Of a stretch of 64,000 nucleotides of DNA, positions 20,179 through 29,295 are shown in pieces. The first letter of the stretch is position 1. Each line of letters begins with the position of its first letter. Where the stretch lies: the NCBI GenBank assembly GCA_965248195.1, contig CBDFIQ010000002.1, positions 1,664,001-1,728,000 on the forward strand, given 5' to 3'. The notes below the pieces were generated by a model. The model had not been told where the DNA came from. It did not search any database and was given only the letters and a program-made list of their open reading frames with translations. This stretch comes from Longimicrobiales bacterium. GTDB taxonomy: Bacteria > Gemmatimonadota > Gemmatimonadetes > Longimicrobiales > Gaopeijiaceae. Made by a program: the position numbers and the translations under genes.

Positions 20179-21582
20179 CTAGGGAAACGGAGGGGATACG
20201 AGTTCGTACCGGTACGCCGTAGCTTGGCCCGCGAAGGAGACTTCGAACCCCGCGCGTACTCCGGCAGGGGGGGCCGAGACCGTGAGCGGTTCCGTCCCGA
20301 GGGCGCCGTCGGGACCATAGAACGTGAATCGGAGGCGTACCGAGGTCCCAGGCTCTGCGGTGTTTCCTACGACACGCCCCTGAAGGCTCGTCTCCACTTG
20401 GGACGGTCGCAACTGGAGTCCCTCCACGTGGACTGGAGCGGATTCGGTTCTGCCCAACCGCTCCGCCGCGGTTTGCTCGTCTCCGATTTCCAGGTGGGCT
20501 CGCGCCGCGATCAGACCGGAGTTCTCCCCTAGCGGATCCGCGTCGGTCAATCGATCGCCAATAGCTGCTAGCGTTTCCCACGACTCGGCTGCGAACAAGG
20601 AATTTGCATAGTTGAACCATGCGTCCCGCGAGTCTGGCTGGAGTCGCGTGAGTTGTTCGAACGCGTCGGCTGCCGCCACGAAATCGCTCGCACGGTAAAG
20701 CGCGATACCAAGGTTGAAGAGATCTCTGGCCCCCAGACCCGTCTCGGAGAGAAGCCCGGCATAAATTACCGCAGCTTCTGTATCCTGTCCCAGCCCATGG
20801 AGCGCCGCAGCAAGATCACCCCGCACCTGGACATTCGTCGAGTCGCCCTCGAGGTGGCGCCGGAGTAGTGGCTCAGCCTCGGCGAAACGCTCCGTGAAAA
20901 GTAAGAGCTGAGTGAGGCTTTCTTCGCTCCTTATTTTCAGATCCTCGCGAGCCTGCACCTGGTCTTGGGTGAGCACTCGCGTGACGGGCTTCCGCTCAAG
21001 ACCTGTGACCACTCTCTGGTAGGCCCCAATCGCGTCATCCCATCTGCCCTCACCGTTAAACAGAGTCGCAAGATTCAGAGACGCGTCGGGACGGAGGTCC
21101 CACATCATTCCCGCCTGCTCCCAGGCCTCGATCGTACCCTCGACGTCGCCGTCGGCGTACGCCGCGATTCCTTCGTTGAACAACTCGATCCATGCCGCCT
21201 CACGCTCAGGCTCGATATCGAGCTCATATGCGGGATAGATCCGCTGCGCCTCGGCAAACATCGCGTCCGCTTCGCTGTACTGCGCGAGACGTACTTGCGC
21301 CAGACCCACCAATAGATAATGGATCGGATTTTCCGGCTCGGCGTCGACGCCTAGAAGCGCGAGTTCCAGCGCCCGCTCAACGAGCCCCTGCGTGAGATAA
21401 AGCGCTGCTGTTTGGGAGAACCGAGTGCCGACCGGCGGCGTCCCGAGCTCGTAGACGAATCCCGTGGGTGAAACCACCGGTCCAGCAGGGCCACGCGCGG
21501 AGGCGCACGCTCCCAGAACGAAGACGGCGGCGCACAAGAAAGTGTTCTTGAGGCGCCGATGCTTGCCACCCCCGGGGATCAA
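20179..21582 (-). CDS. TPR-repeat lipoprotein
   Basis: Lipobox LGAC, several TPR-like helix pairs (FNLGIALY, WFNYANSL); start uncertain (TTG at 21582). Confidence 0.75.
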   Translation of the reverse strand: MIPGGGKHRRLKNTFLCAAVFVLGACASARGPAGPVVSPTGFVYELGTPPVGTRFSQTAALYLTQGLVERALELALLGVDAEPENPIHYLLVGLAQVRLAQYSEADAMFAEAQRIYPAYELDIEPEREAAWIELFNEGIAAYADGDVEGTIEAWEQAGMMWDLRPDASLNLATLFNGEGRWDDAIGAYQRVVTGLERKPVTRVLTQDQVQAREDLKIRSEESLTQLLLFTERFAEAEPLLRRHLEGDSTNVQVRGDLAAALHGLGQDTEAAVIYAGLLSETGLGARDLFNLGIALYRASDFVAAADAFEQLTRLQPDSRDAWFNYANSLFAAESWETLAAIGDRLTDADPLGENSGLIAARAHLEIGDEQTAAERLGRTESAPVHVEGLQLRPSQVETSLQGRVVGNTAEPGTSVRLRFTFYGPDGALGTEPLTVSAPPAGVRAGFEVSFAGQATAYRYELVSPPFP

Positions 21583-21647
21583 GGGTGGGGAGCCGGCTTC
21601 CCGCGTAAGGATTGGCGAGGAAAAAAGGGCGGCGACAGGCCGGACGG

Positions 21648-22577
21648 CTACCAAGGGAATGGAACGGAGAAGATCGCCGACAACGATACGCGGACGCCTC
21701 GATCTCGAGCCGGTCGGAACGATGCGACCTCGTTGAAGAGAGCGAGGGCGATCTCGTCCATCTCTTGGCGCCCACTGGATCTGCTGATCTCGGCCCACTC
21801 GACGGAGCCCCATTCGTCGATCCACACCGTTACGTCGACCAGTCCCTCGGCCCCGGAATCCTCCCCGTAAGCCATCCCGTTCATATACCGCTCCACCTCG
21901 GCCGGATTACGAATCAGAATCCACGCCGACGTCCCTGGCAAGACGATTTGGGGACGCAGCCCGGACAGCCGTGACAGATCCAGCGGGCTGGTTTCCAGTA
22001 GGAGCGCCAGATCATCCGTCGAGGGATCGTCAATGGTCTCCGCGGCCTCTAGCTCTTCGCGCGTATCCGCCGGATCGGCCCTCAACCCCGGCGGACCGGA
22101 CGCCCCACCGGACCCCGGACCGCGCGCCGGACCGAATGCCGGACCGAACGCGGGACCGAACTGCACGATCGTCGAGACCGGCCCGCCCCGACCGGTAAGG
22201 CGCTCGCGAAGCCCTTCCGGGAGACTCACCAGGGCCCCCTCCGAACCTCCGCTGAGAGCCCCGGCATCCACTTCTTCGGTCGGGAGCGAATCCGGCTCCT
22301 CGACCAGCGCCAGAGCAGGCATCGCCATACCACCACCACCGCCAGTCGATGGCGGGGCGTAGAGTGCAATCCATGCAGTGCCCAGGAGCTCCGGATCGGG
22401 ATCGAGCCACGAATCGGAGTTTGCCCAACTCGGCCAGAAAACGAAGGCGGCGACGTGAGCGGCTACGGCGAACATCGTGGACCAAGCGAGATTGTTATTC
22501 CAGCGCGCCTTCCACGCCTCGTTGGCGGTTTTGTAGCGCTCATCTTGCCAAAGTTGCCCCTGCGTCCGTTCGCTCAA
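21648..22577 (-). CDS. TonB family energy transducer-like protein
   Basis: N-terminal TM with H (AAHVAAF), low-complexity linker, C-terminal G.V.V..WIDE.G...SSG...D..A...F.PA. Confidence 0.8.
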   Translation of the reverse strand: MSERTQGQLWQDERYKTANEAWKARWNNNLAWSTMFAVAAHVAAFVFWPSWANSDSWLDPDPELLGTAWIALYAPPSTGGGGGMAMPALALVEEPDSLPTEEVDAGALSGGSEGALVSLPEGLRERLTGRGGPVSTIVQFGPAFGPAFGPARGPGSGGASGPPGLRADPADTREELEAAETIDDPSTDDLALLLETSPLDLSRLSGLRPQIVLPGTSAWILIRNPAEVERYMNGMAYGEDSGAEGLVDVTVWIDEWGSVEWAEISRSSGRQEMDEIALALFNEVASFRPARDRGVRVSLSAIFSVPFPW

Positions 22578-22859
22578 CAGGCCACCCTCTCTTTTTTGAC
22601 GTCCGCCTCGCGGCCCCTAAAGGGCACCGGGAACGACACTATTAGAGTATCCCGCAGGCGCTTCCACCCACTATAGGACGAAGGTCTAACACCGATCATC
22701 GGTGTCCGAGGGTTCGGATCTAATCCCTCGGTACCTGAGACTACAGAGCCGCACGGACACCCACAAGGGTTCCCGCCTTCGGCAACCGCCGGGTCGGCGG
22801 AGGAGTGCCCGCTCCGGGCTTCTTCATCGACCTTTCCCTCTGCGGTAAGGCGAGCCTGC

Positions 22860-22902
22860 GAGGGAGAGACTGGTGAGGGAGAGACCGGTGAGGGAGAGAC
22901 TG
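22860..22902. repeat. Short tandem repeat, about 3 x 15 bp (GAGGGAGAGACYGGT)
   Basis: Seen directly in the intergenic sequence. Confidence 0.75.
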
Positions 22903-22987
22903 CACTTGTGAAGGTACGGACCGATCCAATAGACTCGGGACGCGGGATGAATACCGCATGCCGCCGCGTGGTCCAGGGATTCTGAGT

Positions 22988-24028
22988 ATGAAAAACCGCT
23001 TCGCGCTCTTTGGGGCAATTCTTTCGGTCCTCGCCTTCCTTGCTTGGGTGTCCTCCAGCGCCCGAAACGGTCCGAGTGTATTTGCGGTGGAAGTCCCCGT
23101 GGCGACGTCGGTCTCCCCACCTCCGGAGGCTGTGCCCGTCCTCCAGGAGCAAACGGGCGGTTCCGCCGTCCCCTGTGCGGTACCGCTCTCGTGGAGCATC
23201 GTGAGAGTAGACCGGTCCTTCCGCTTGAGTCATGAAGAGGCGACGCTGGCAGTCCGCCAAGCTGCTACGCTCTGGGAGGACGCCGTGGGCCGAGGCCTCT
23301 TTTCGAACGAGTCCGACGGGGCGCTTTCTGTCTGGTTCGTCTATGACGACCGCCAGGAAAGGACTCGGGAGCGGAACCGCCTTGTACGGGATTTCAACGA
23401 AGCCAGCGCGAGCCTTGAAGCTCGGAAGGTTGGGCTCGACGAGCGGAGCGACCGTTATGCTGGGATGCGCACGCAGCACCAGCGGGCTCGCGTGGAACTC
23501 AACCAGCGGGTCACCAGCCTCAACGACAGCATCAGTTACTGGAACGCACAGGGTGTTGTCCCGGGAGACATACTCTCCGAACTCTCCACATTGGGAAGGG
23601 CGCTGGACGCAGACCGCGAGGAGCTCACGGCTCGAGGGCGAGAGATCGATGGGCTTCAGCAACAGCTGGTAGACGACTCCGAGCGACTCAACCGGGAGGT
23701 CGAAGCGCACACGAGAGAAGGCGAAGCTCTCGAAACAACATTTCCCCTCTCGCGTGTGCAATCCGGTAGCTACCGGGAAGCCGTGCATACCGAGGATGGG
23801 GAGGTGACTGCGGTCACTCGGGAGATCCGGATCTTTCGGTTCAACGACCGGGATGATCTCGTACGCGTGGCCGCTCACGAGCTGGGCCATGCCCTCGGAC
23901 TCGGCCACGTCGCCGTAGTGGCCGGCATGATGAGGGAGGAGTTCACTCAGACGGTTGTGTCGGAAGGCGCGCCTAGGGTCCAGCCGGGCGATGTCGACGC
24001 GCTTCGATTATTATGCCCTGAGCTTTAG
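22988..24028 (+). CDS. Matrixin-like (metzincin) metalloprotease with coiled-coil insertion
   Basis: HELGHALGLGH zinc motif, downstream Met-turn, long heptad-rich central region. Confidence 0.85.
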   Translation: MKNRFALFGAILSVLAFLAWVSSSARNGPSVFAVEVPVATSVSPPPEAVPVLQEQTGGSAVPCAVPLSWSIVRVDRSFRLSHEEATLAVRQAATLWEDAVGRGLFSNESDGALSVWFVYDDRQERTRERNRLVRDFNEASASLEARKVGLDERSDRYAGMRTQHQRARVELNQRVTSLNDSISYWNAQGVVPGDILSELSTLGRALDADREELTARGREIDGLQQQLVDDSERLNREVEAHTREGEALETTFPLSRVQSGSYREAVHTEDGEVTAVTREIRIFRFNDRDDLVRVAAHELGHALGLGHVAVVAGMMREEFTQTVVSEGAPRVQPGDVDALRLLCPEL

Positions 24029-24087
24029 GGCGCTCCATGCTCGGATGCTGTAACGCCCCAGACTTGCCCAATTCTCAGGAGAGACGA

Positions 24088-26028
24088 ATGCGAATCACAC
24101 TTGGACTGGCCCTTGTCGCAGCCGCGTTCCTCGGGCCCGTCGTTGCAGCGGATGCGTCGGCGCAGGTCACTCGCATCGACTTCCAGGTCGTAGAATCGCC
24201 GGCGTTTGGCGGAGAAAGCTTTGGAAGCGTTGGGCAGTATGAGCGCATCCGGGGAGTGGCCTACGGAGAGGTCGACCCCAACGATGTGCGTCATCGCGGG
24301 ATCGTGAACCTCGACAAGGCTCCCCTCAACGCTCGGGGGCGCGTCGAGTACAGCACCACGGTGGAGATCCACCGACCCATCGACCTGGAGCGCTGGAATA
24401 GGGCGATCTACCACATCGTGCCGAACCGGGGCGGGGCCAGCGCGGGCGATGCTGTTTTTCGCGAGATGGGTTTCGCCATCGTGCAGGTGGGATGGCAAGG
24501 CGACTTGACGGCGACCGACACGAACATCATGCCGTTTCTGCCGATCGCCAAATACCCGAATGGATCATCGGTCGTCGGCCCGGCAGTCGAAGAGTTCATT
24601 TTCAACGATGAGGAACCTGTTTCGGAAGTGGACCTGACCTACGCCACGGCCGCGCTCGTGCCGGCCATGGGCACGTTTACCGTACGGGCCAAACAGGGGG
24701 CTCCCCGTGTGACGCTCGAAGATCCGGCCTGGAGCTACACGAGCGAGCGCCAGATCCGTATCAACCGCCCCTCCGGATTCGACGGCGGGGCGATTTACGA
24801 GCTCATCTATCTGGCGAAAGACCCGATCGTGATGGGATTGGGCTTTGCGGCCACCCGTGATGTGATCTCCTTTCTGCGTTACCAGATAACGGACGGCCAA
24901 GGCAACCCGAATCCCCTCATGTCCGTCGGCCTGCCGAGCACCGCCATCTCCCTGGGACGCTCCCAGAGCGGGCGATTCCTGAGGGACATGCTCTACCTGG
25001 GATTCAACGAGGACGTCGCTGGTCGAATCGTGTTCGACGGCATGCACCCGAATATCGCCGGCTCGCGGAAGACGTTTACGAATTATGAGTTCAGCCAACC
25101 GGGGCGGTGGCAAAAGCAGCACGAGGACCACTTCTTTCCGGGGGACCAGTTCCCCTTCACCTATGCGACCGTGTATGACCCGATCAGAGACCGGGCCGAC
25201 GGCTTGCAAGTGAGGTGCTCGGCCTCGAACACCTGCCCTAAGATCATACACTCGGATGGCGAGGCGGAAATCTGGCAAGCCCGCTCGTCCCTCATCGTCA
25301 CAGATCCGATGGGAGAACACGTCGATCTACCCGACAACGTGCGAGCCTACCTGATCGCTGGCACGCGACACGGGGGCGGCCCTGGCGTGCACGTCGAGTC
25401 TCCTCTCGGCACCGGCATTTGCCAAAATCTCAATAGCCCCATTCCACTGGCCCAGATTCGCCGTGCCCTTACGGTCGCTCTATATGAATGGGTCGTAGAC
25501 GGAACCGAGCCGCCGCCGAGTCGTTTCCCGACGGTCGCCCTCGGAATGCTCGTGCTTCCGACGTCGGTCGGATTTCCAAACATTCCGGATGTGACCTTTA
25601 CGGGGAGCCACAACCCGCTTCGGCGGAACAATTACAATACGCTACCGCCGCTCCAAGGCGACGGCTACGTCGTGCTCGCGGGCCGTGTCGACCCAGACGG
25701 AAACATGATCGCGGGGATTCGGCATCCGAACCTATCCGTCCCGATCGGCACGTACACCGGCTGGAACTTGCGGCGGGAGGGATTCGCCGAGGGAGCACAA
25801 TGCGGCGGGGCCGGGTCGTTCATTCCGTTCGCGGCCGACGCCGCGGAGCGGCAGGCAGCCGCGGACCCCCGTTTGTCGATCGAGGAGCGCTACCCGACTC
25901 ACGACACATATGTGAGTGCGGTTGCCCTGGCGGCGGAACGCCTGGTTGATGAGCGGCTGCTGCTACAACGGGACGCCGCCGCGATCGTCGAACGCGCCGA
26001 GGGGAGCACAGTCGGCAAGTCAAACTGA
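24088..26028 (+). CDS. Secreted alpha/beta hydrolase domain protein
   Basis: GRSQSG nucleophile elbow, GLGFAATRD, VPIGTYTGWN, DPRLSIEERY; signal peptide. Confidence 0.85.
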   Translation: MRITLGLALVAAAFLGPVVAADASAQVTRIDFQVVESPAFGGESFGSVGQYERIRGVAYGEVDPNDVRHRGIVNLDKAPLNARGRVEYSTTVEIHRPIDLERWNRAIYHIVPNRGGASAGDAVFREMGFAIVQVGWQGDLTATDTNIMPFLPIAKYPNGSSVVGPAVEEFIFNDEEPVSEVDLTYATAALVPAMGTFTVRAKQGAPRVTLEDPAWSYTSERQIRINRPSGFDGGAIYELIYLAKDPIVMGLGFAATRDVISFLRYQITDGQGNPNPLMSVGLPSTAISLGRSQSGRFLRDMLYLGFNEDVAGRIVFDGMHPNIAGSRKTFTNYEFSQPGRWQKQHEDHFFPGDQFPFTYATVYDPIRDRADGLQVRCSASNTCPKIIHSDGEAEIWQARSSLIVTDPMGEHVDLPDNVRAYLIAGTRHGGGPGVHVESPLGTGICQNLNSPIPLAQIRRALTVALYEWVVDGTEPPPSRFPTVALGMLVLPTSVGFPNIPDVTFTGSHNPLRRNNYNTLPPLQGDGYVVLAGRVDPDGNMIAGIRHPNLSVPIGTYTGWNLRREGFAEGAQCGGAGSFIPFAADAAERQAAADPRLSIEERYPTHDTYVSAVALAAERLVDERLLLQRDAAAIVERAEGSTVGKSN

Positions 26029-26039
26029 CCGGGCGTGTC

Positions 26040-26867
26040 TTATCGGCTGGACCCCTGCTGGCTCTCGAGCATCGCCTCGAAGGCTTGCTCTCGACGGTCT
26101 ATGTATTCCAGGAATCCGGCGTGATCAATGAAAGGATTCGGGTCGCCCTCCATCCGATGTAGCAGCTTCTCGTGTTTGGTGGGTAGGCCGTAAAAAGAGC
26201 CGTGGGCGGCGACGAAAACATCGACAGGCATCGCACGCGCCTTGGCGAACGTCGCACGGTAGTCCTCAGCGATGTCGGGGTAGTCCGGGTTGTCGACCAA
26301 GATGTAGTTGGCGTTCACCCCGAAGCTGCAGACGATCAGCGCGTCGTACGTTTCTCCGTCCTCTTCGAGCTCCATTCCCCAACTCGTACATCCCCTCGTG
26401 TGGCCCGGCGTGCGATGGGCCACCAGCGTCGTTCCACCGAGTGTGACTTCTTCTCCGTCGTGCAGGATGCGGTCGATCGGGATACCTACGTCGCCCCGAT
26501 TCATGCGCTGCCACCCCGCGACGTCCTCCTCCATGATCATGATTTGGGCTCCGATGCGCTCCCGGAGAAAGACGTCGGCGGCCTGGTGATCTCCGTGGGC
26601 GTGGCTTCCCAAGATGATCTTGACGTCCTCCAGGTCGAACCCCATCGCTTCCACGCTTCGTTCGATGAGAGGAATCGTTCTCTCAAAATCCGTGTTGATG
26701 AGGATGTGCCCCTCGGGCGTAGTAATCAGAAACGTGCCCAGGCCCGCGGTGCCCACGAAAAAAAGATTGCCCATCACCCGATGCGCCGGAAACGGATCAT
26801 CGTTCTGTGCCCAGGCAAGAGTAGGGACGGCAGCGATGAACGCCACCACTAGAATCAGTCTGTGCAT
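26040..26867 (-). CDS. Subclass B3 metallo-beta-lactamase-like protein
   Basis: SHAHGDH, TPGHTRGCTSW, AAH motifs; PFPAHRVMGNLFFVGT; signal peptide. Confidence 0.88.
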   Translation of the reverse strand: MHRLILVVAFIAAVPTLAWAQNDDPFPAHRVMGNLFFVGTAGLGTFLITTPEGHILINTDFERTIPLIERSVEAMGFDLEDVKIILGSHAHGDHQAADVFLRERIGAQIMIMEEDVAGWQRMNRGDVGIPIDRILHDGEEVTLGGTTLVAHRTPGHTRGCTSWGMELEEDGETYDALIVCSFGVNANYILVDNPDYPDIAEDYRATFAKARAMPVDVFVAAHGSFYGLPTKHEKLLHRMEGDPNPFIDHAGFLEYIDRREQAFEAMLESQQGSSR

Positions 26868-26968
26868 CTGCTCGTCGCTGGTCTCACGTCACGAGTAGAG
26901 AGAGCCCCTAGCGGCTGTGCCGCCAGGGGCTTTCCCCTACGTCTGCCCAACCCGCATAACGCGGAGGG

Positions 26969-29035
26969 CTAGTGGGCTACCACCCCGATATCCATACCGG
27001 GCAGGCGCAGCGCGACCAAGCGACCGGGCTGGCCGACCTGCACCACGATGTGCTGGTAATCGTGATGTAGGAAACTCATCATGCCGTACTGTCCGGGGGA
27101 AGGCAGTAGGATCTCGCCCACATGGTCCCCGGTCAGCTTGTTGTATGCGTTTAGGACCGGCGGCCCGCTGGATCCCTCCGTCGCGTACAGGAGGTCACCG
27201 GACACCATCTGGATGGAGTTTCCGCCACCACCCGAGTTCGACAGGTCCACGCCCCGAAGTGCCGGGTGGTTCCTTATGTCTGCGGGTGTGTCTCCGATCG
27301 GAATCCAGTAGATCCGCTCGCCGGTGTTCATGTCGTACGCAGAAAGCCTGTTGTAGGGCGGCTTCCAAACCGGCAGGCCCTGGATGCGGGGCAAGCCGCC
27401 ACCCGGACCGGCTACCCACTCCGAGATGGTCGTGCCCGTGGTCTGTGGGTTGTCCGGCTCATCCGCGTCGGCACCCGGTGCTACGAGGCCGCCGCCGCAA
27501 CGGCGCGAGGAGGGCACGTACAGGATGCCCGTCGTCGGATCCAACGTCGCGGGATTCGTGATGTTCAGCCCTCCGGCGCACCGAATGTTATCGATTACGC
27601 CGGCATCGTGGCCCTCGAAGAGCCGGGGCATGAACGGTCCGCCGATGCGGTAGTTCTCGATCAACGCTATCGCCTCTTGCCGCAACTCGGGTGTGAAGTC
27701 GATGACGTCGTCGGGATCGAGTCCGAGGGGCTCGGACGGCTCAGGCCGTGTGGGAAGTGGCTGGGTTGGCGACGTCCAGTTTCCAGGTACCTCTGTCTGG
27801 AAGACCGGCACTTCTTCGATCGGCCATATCGGCTCCCCGGTCTCCCGGTTGAAGGCGTAGATGATGCCGGTCTTCGACGTCTGAATCAGCGCCGCAATGG
27901 CCTGCCCGTCTACTTCCAGGTCAACGAGAATCGGGACGTTCGGTAGGTCGTAATTCCACTGGTCGTTGTGGACCGTCTGGAAGTGCCACACGCGCTCGCC
28001 CGTTTGAACGTCGAGGGCGACCACGCTCGTCCCGAAGAGGTTGGCCCCGGGACGGAACCCGCCGAAATAGTCGATGGTCGGAGGATTGGTGGGGAAGTAA
28101 ACGAGCCCGAGGTTTTCGTCCGCGGACATCGGCGCCCACGAAGAGATGTCCCCCGTCCACTGCCAGGCGTCGTTCAACCACGTCTCGTGACCGACCTCGC
28201 CCGGCCGCGGAATCACGTGGAACTTCCACTTGAAGGCACCGCTCCGGGCATCGAAGGCAAGGATGTCGCCGGGGACGTTTTCGATCCGGGTTTGGTTGTA
28301 CCCTTGCTCGGCCGAATTCCCGACCACCACCACGCCGTTCACGACGATGGGAGGCGATGAGGAGGTGATGTAGCCCAACTCTCTCGGGATGCCGTGGTTA
28401 GGATCGTACGTGCCGTTGTAGGCTTGCCAGGGCCCCCAATCCGCGATGAGGGGCACCAGAAGGTCCACGACGCCCGTCGAGGGGAAGCCCTCGATCGGCA
28501 CACGGGAGCCGAAGTTCTGGATGTGCTCGCCGGTCTTCGCATCCAAGGCGTGGAGGAAGAACGCGGGAGACGTGTAGAAAATCACACCCCTTCCGTCGAC
28601 CTCTCCGTACGCCACACCCTTCCCGTAGTTCTGGCGCATCGAGCGCTCCCACCGCTCCGTGTTGGGTTCGCTGTAGGTCCACACCGTCTCACCTGTCGTT
28701 GGGTTGATCGCGGCTACTGTCCGGCGCTGGCCGGCCACGGTGTACAGGAGCCCGTCGATGTACGTTGGCGTGGACTTGAACTGCTGGTCGACCACGGGAC
28801 CGAAGTTGTCGGCACGCCACTCCCACGCGACCTCGAGGTCGGCGAAGTTGGAGGCGTCGATCTGATCGACGGGCGAGAAACGAGTGCCCCATGCGTCTCC
28901 GCTCTGGTAACGCCACTCCCCGTATGGGTTTTGGCGCTCCTGCCCGAAGCCGAGCGTGGGCGCCACCAGCAGCAGGCCGAGCACGAGGCCGAACCCATGC
29001 GAGTGGCTCTGGAGTCTGCGGGATAGTGTTGACAT
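26969..29035 (-). CDS. PQQ-dependent dehydrogenase (glucose/quinate dehydrogenase-like beta-propeller)
   Basis: TRFSPVDQIDASN, W.F...P..GE.GHETW, WHFQTVHNDQWNYD, GEPIWPIEE, KPPY. Confidence 0.9.
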   Translation of the reverse strand: MSTLSRRLQSHSHGFGLVLGLLLVAPTLGFGQERQNPYGEWRYQSGDAWGTRFSPVDQIDASNFADLEVAWEWRADNFGPVVDQQFKSTPTYIDGLLYTVAGQRRTVAAINPTTGETVWTYSEPNTERWERSMRQNYGKGVAYGEVDGRGVIFYTSPAFFLHALDAKTGEHIQNFGSRVPIEGFPSTGVVDLLVPLIADWGPWQAYNGTYDPNHGIPRELGYITSSSPPIVVNGVVVVGNSAEQGYNQTRIENVPGDILAFDARSGAFKWKFHVIPRPGEVGHETWLNDAWQWTGDISSWAPMSADENLGLVYFPTNPPTIDYFGGFRPGANLFGTSVVALDVQTGERVWHFQTVHNDQWNYDLPNVPILVDLEVDGQAIAALIQTSKTGIIYAFNRETGEPIWPIEEVPVFQTEVPGNWTSPTQPLPTRPEPSEPLGLDPDDVIDFTPELRQEAIALIENYRIGGPFMPRLFEGHDAGVIDNIRCAGGLNITNPATLDPTTGILYVPSSRRCGGGLVAPGADADEPDNPQTTGTTISEWVAGPGGGLPRIQGLPVWKPPYNRLSAYDMNTGERIYWIPIGDTPADIRNHPALRGVDLSNSGGGGNSIQMVSGDLLYATEGSSGPPVLNAYNKLTGDHVGEILLPSPGQYGMMSFLHHDYQHIVVQVGQPGRLVALRLPGMDIGVVAH

Positions 29036-29295
29036 GGCTTCCTCACTGGTGAAACGGTGGACCGATGGGCCTCCCTGTAGGCACACCCATACGAGTTCGA
29101 GGAGTTGCGACAAAGCGACTTTTCTAACGATCGCCCATCATAAAACCGCGACAACTACATCGCCAGGGTCGGACGAGTTGCGAAGCTTCTCCCCACCGTT
29201 GCGCGCCCGATCATGATCCCACACGTTGAGGCGGGCCGTTCCCGCCGGCAGGAAGACCCCACACGTCAGGAGCAGCCGGCCTAAGGGAGGCGATC

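Noticed and set aside
22110..22165. FGPA tandem repeats in the TonB linker
   Set aside because: Ordinary low-complexity linker expansion
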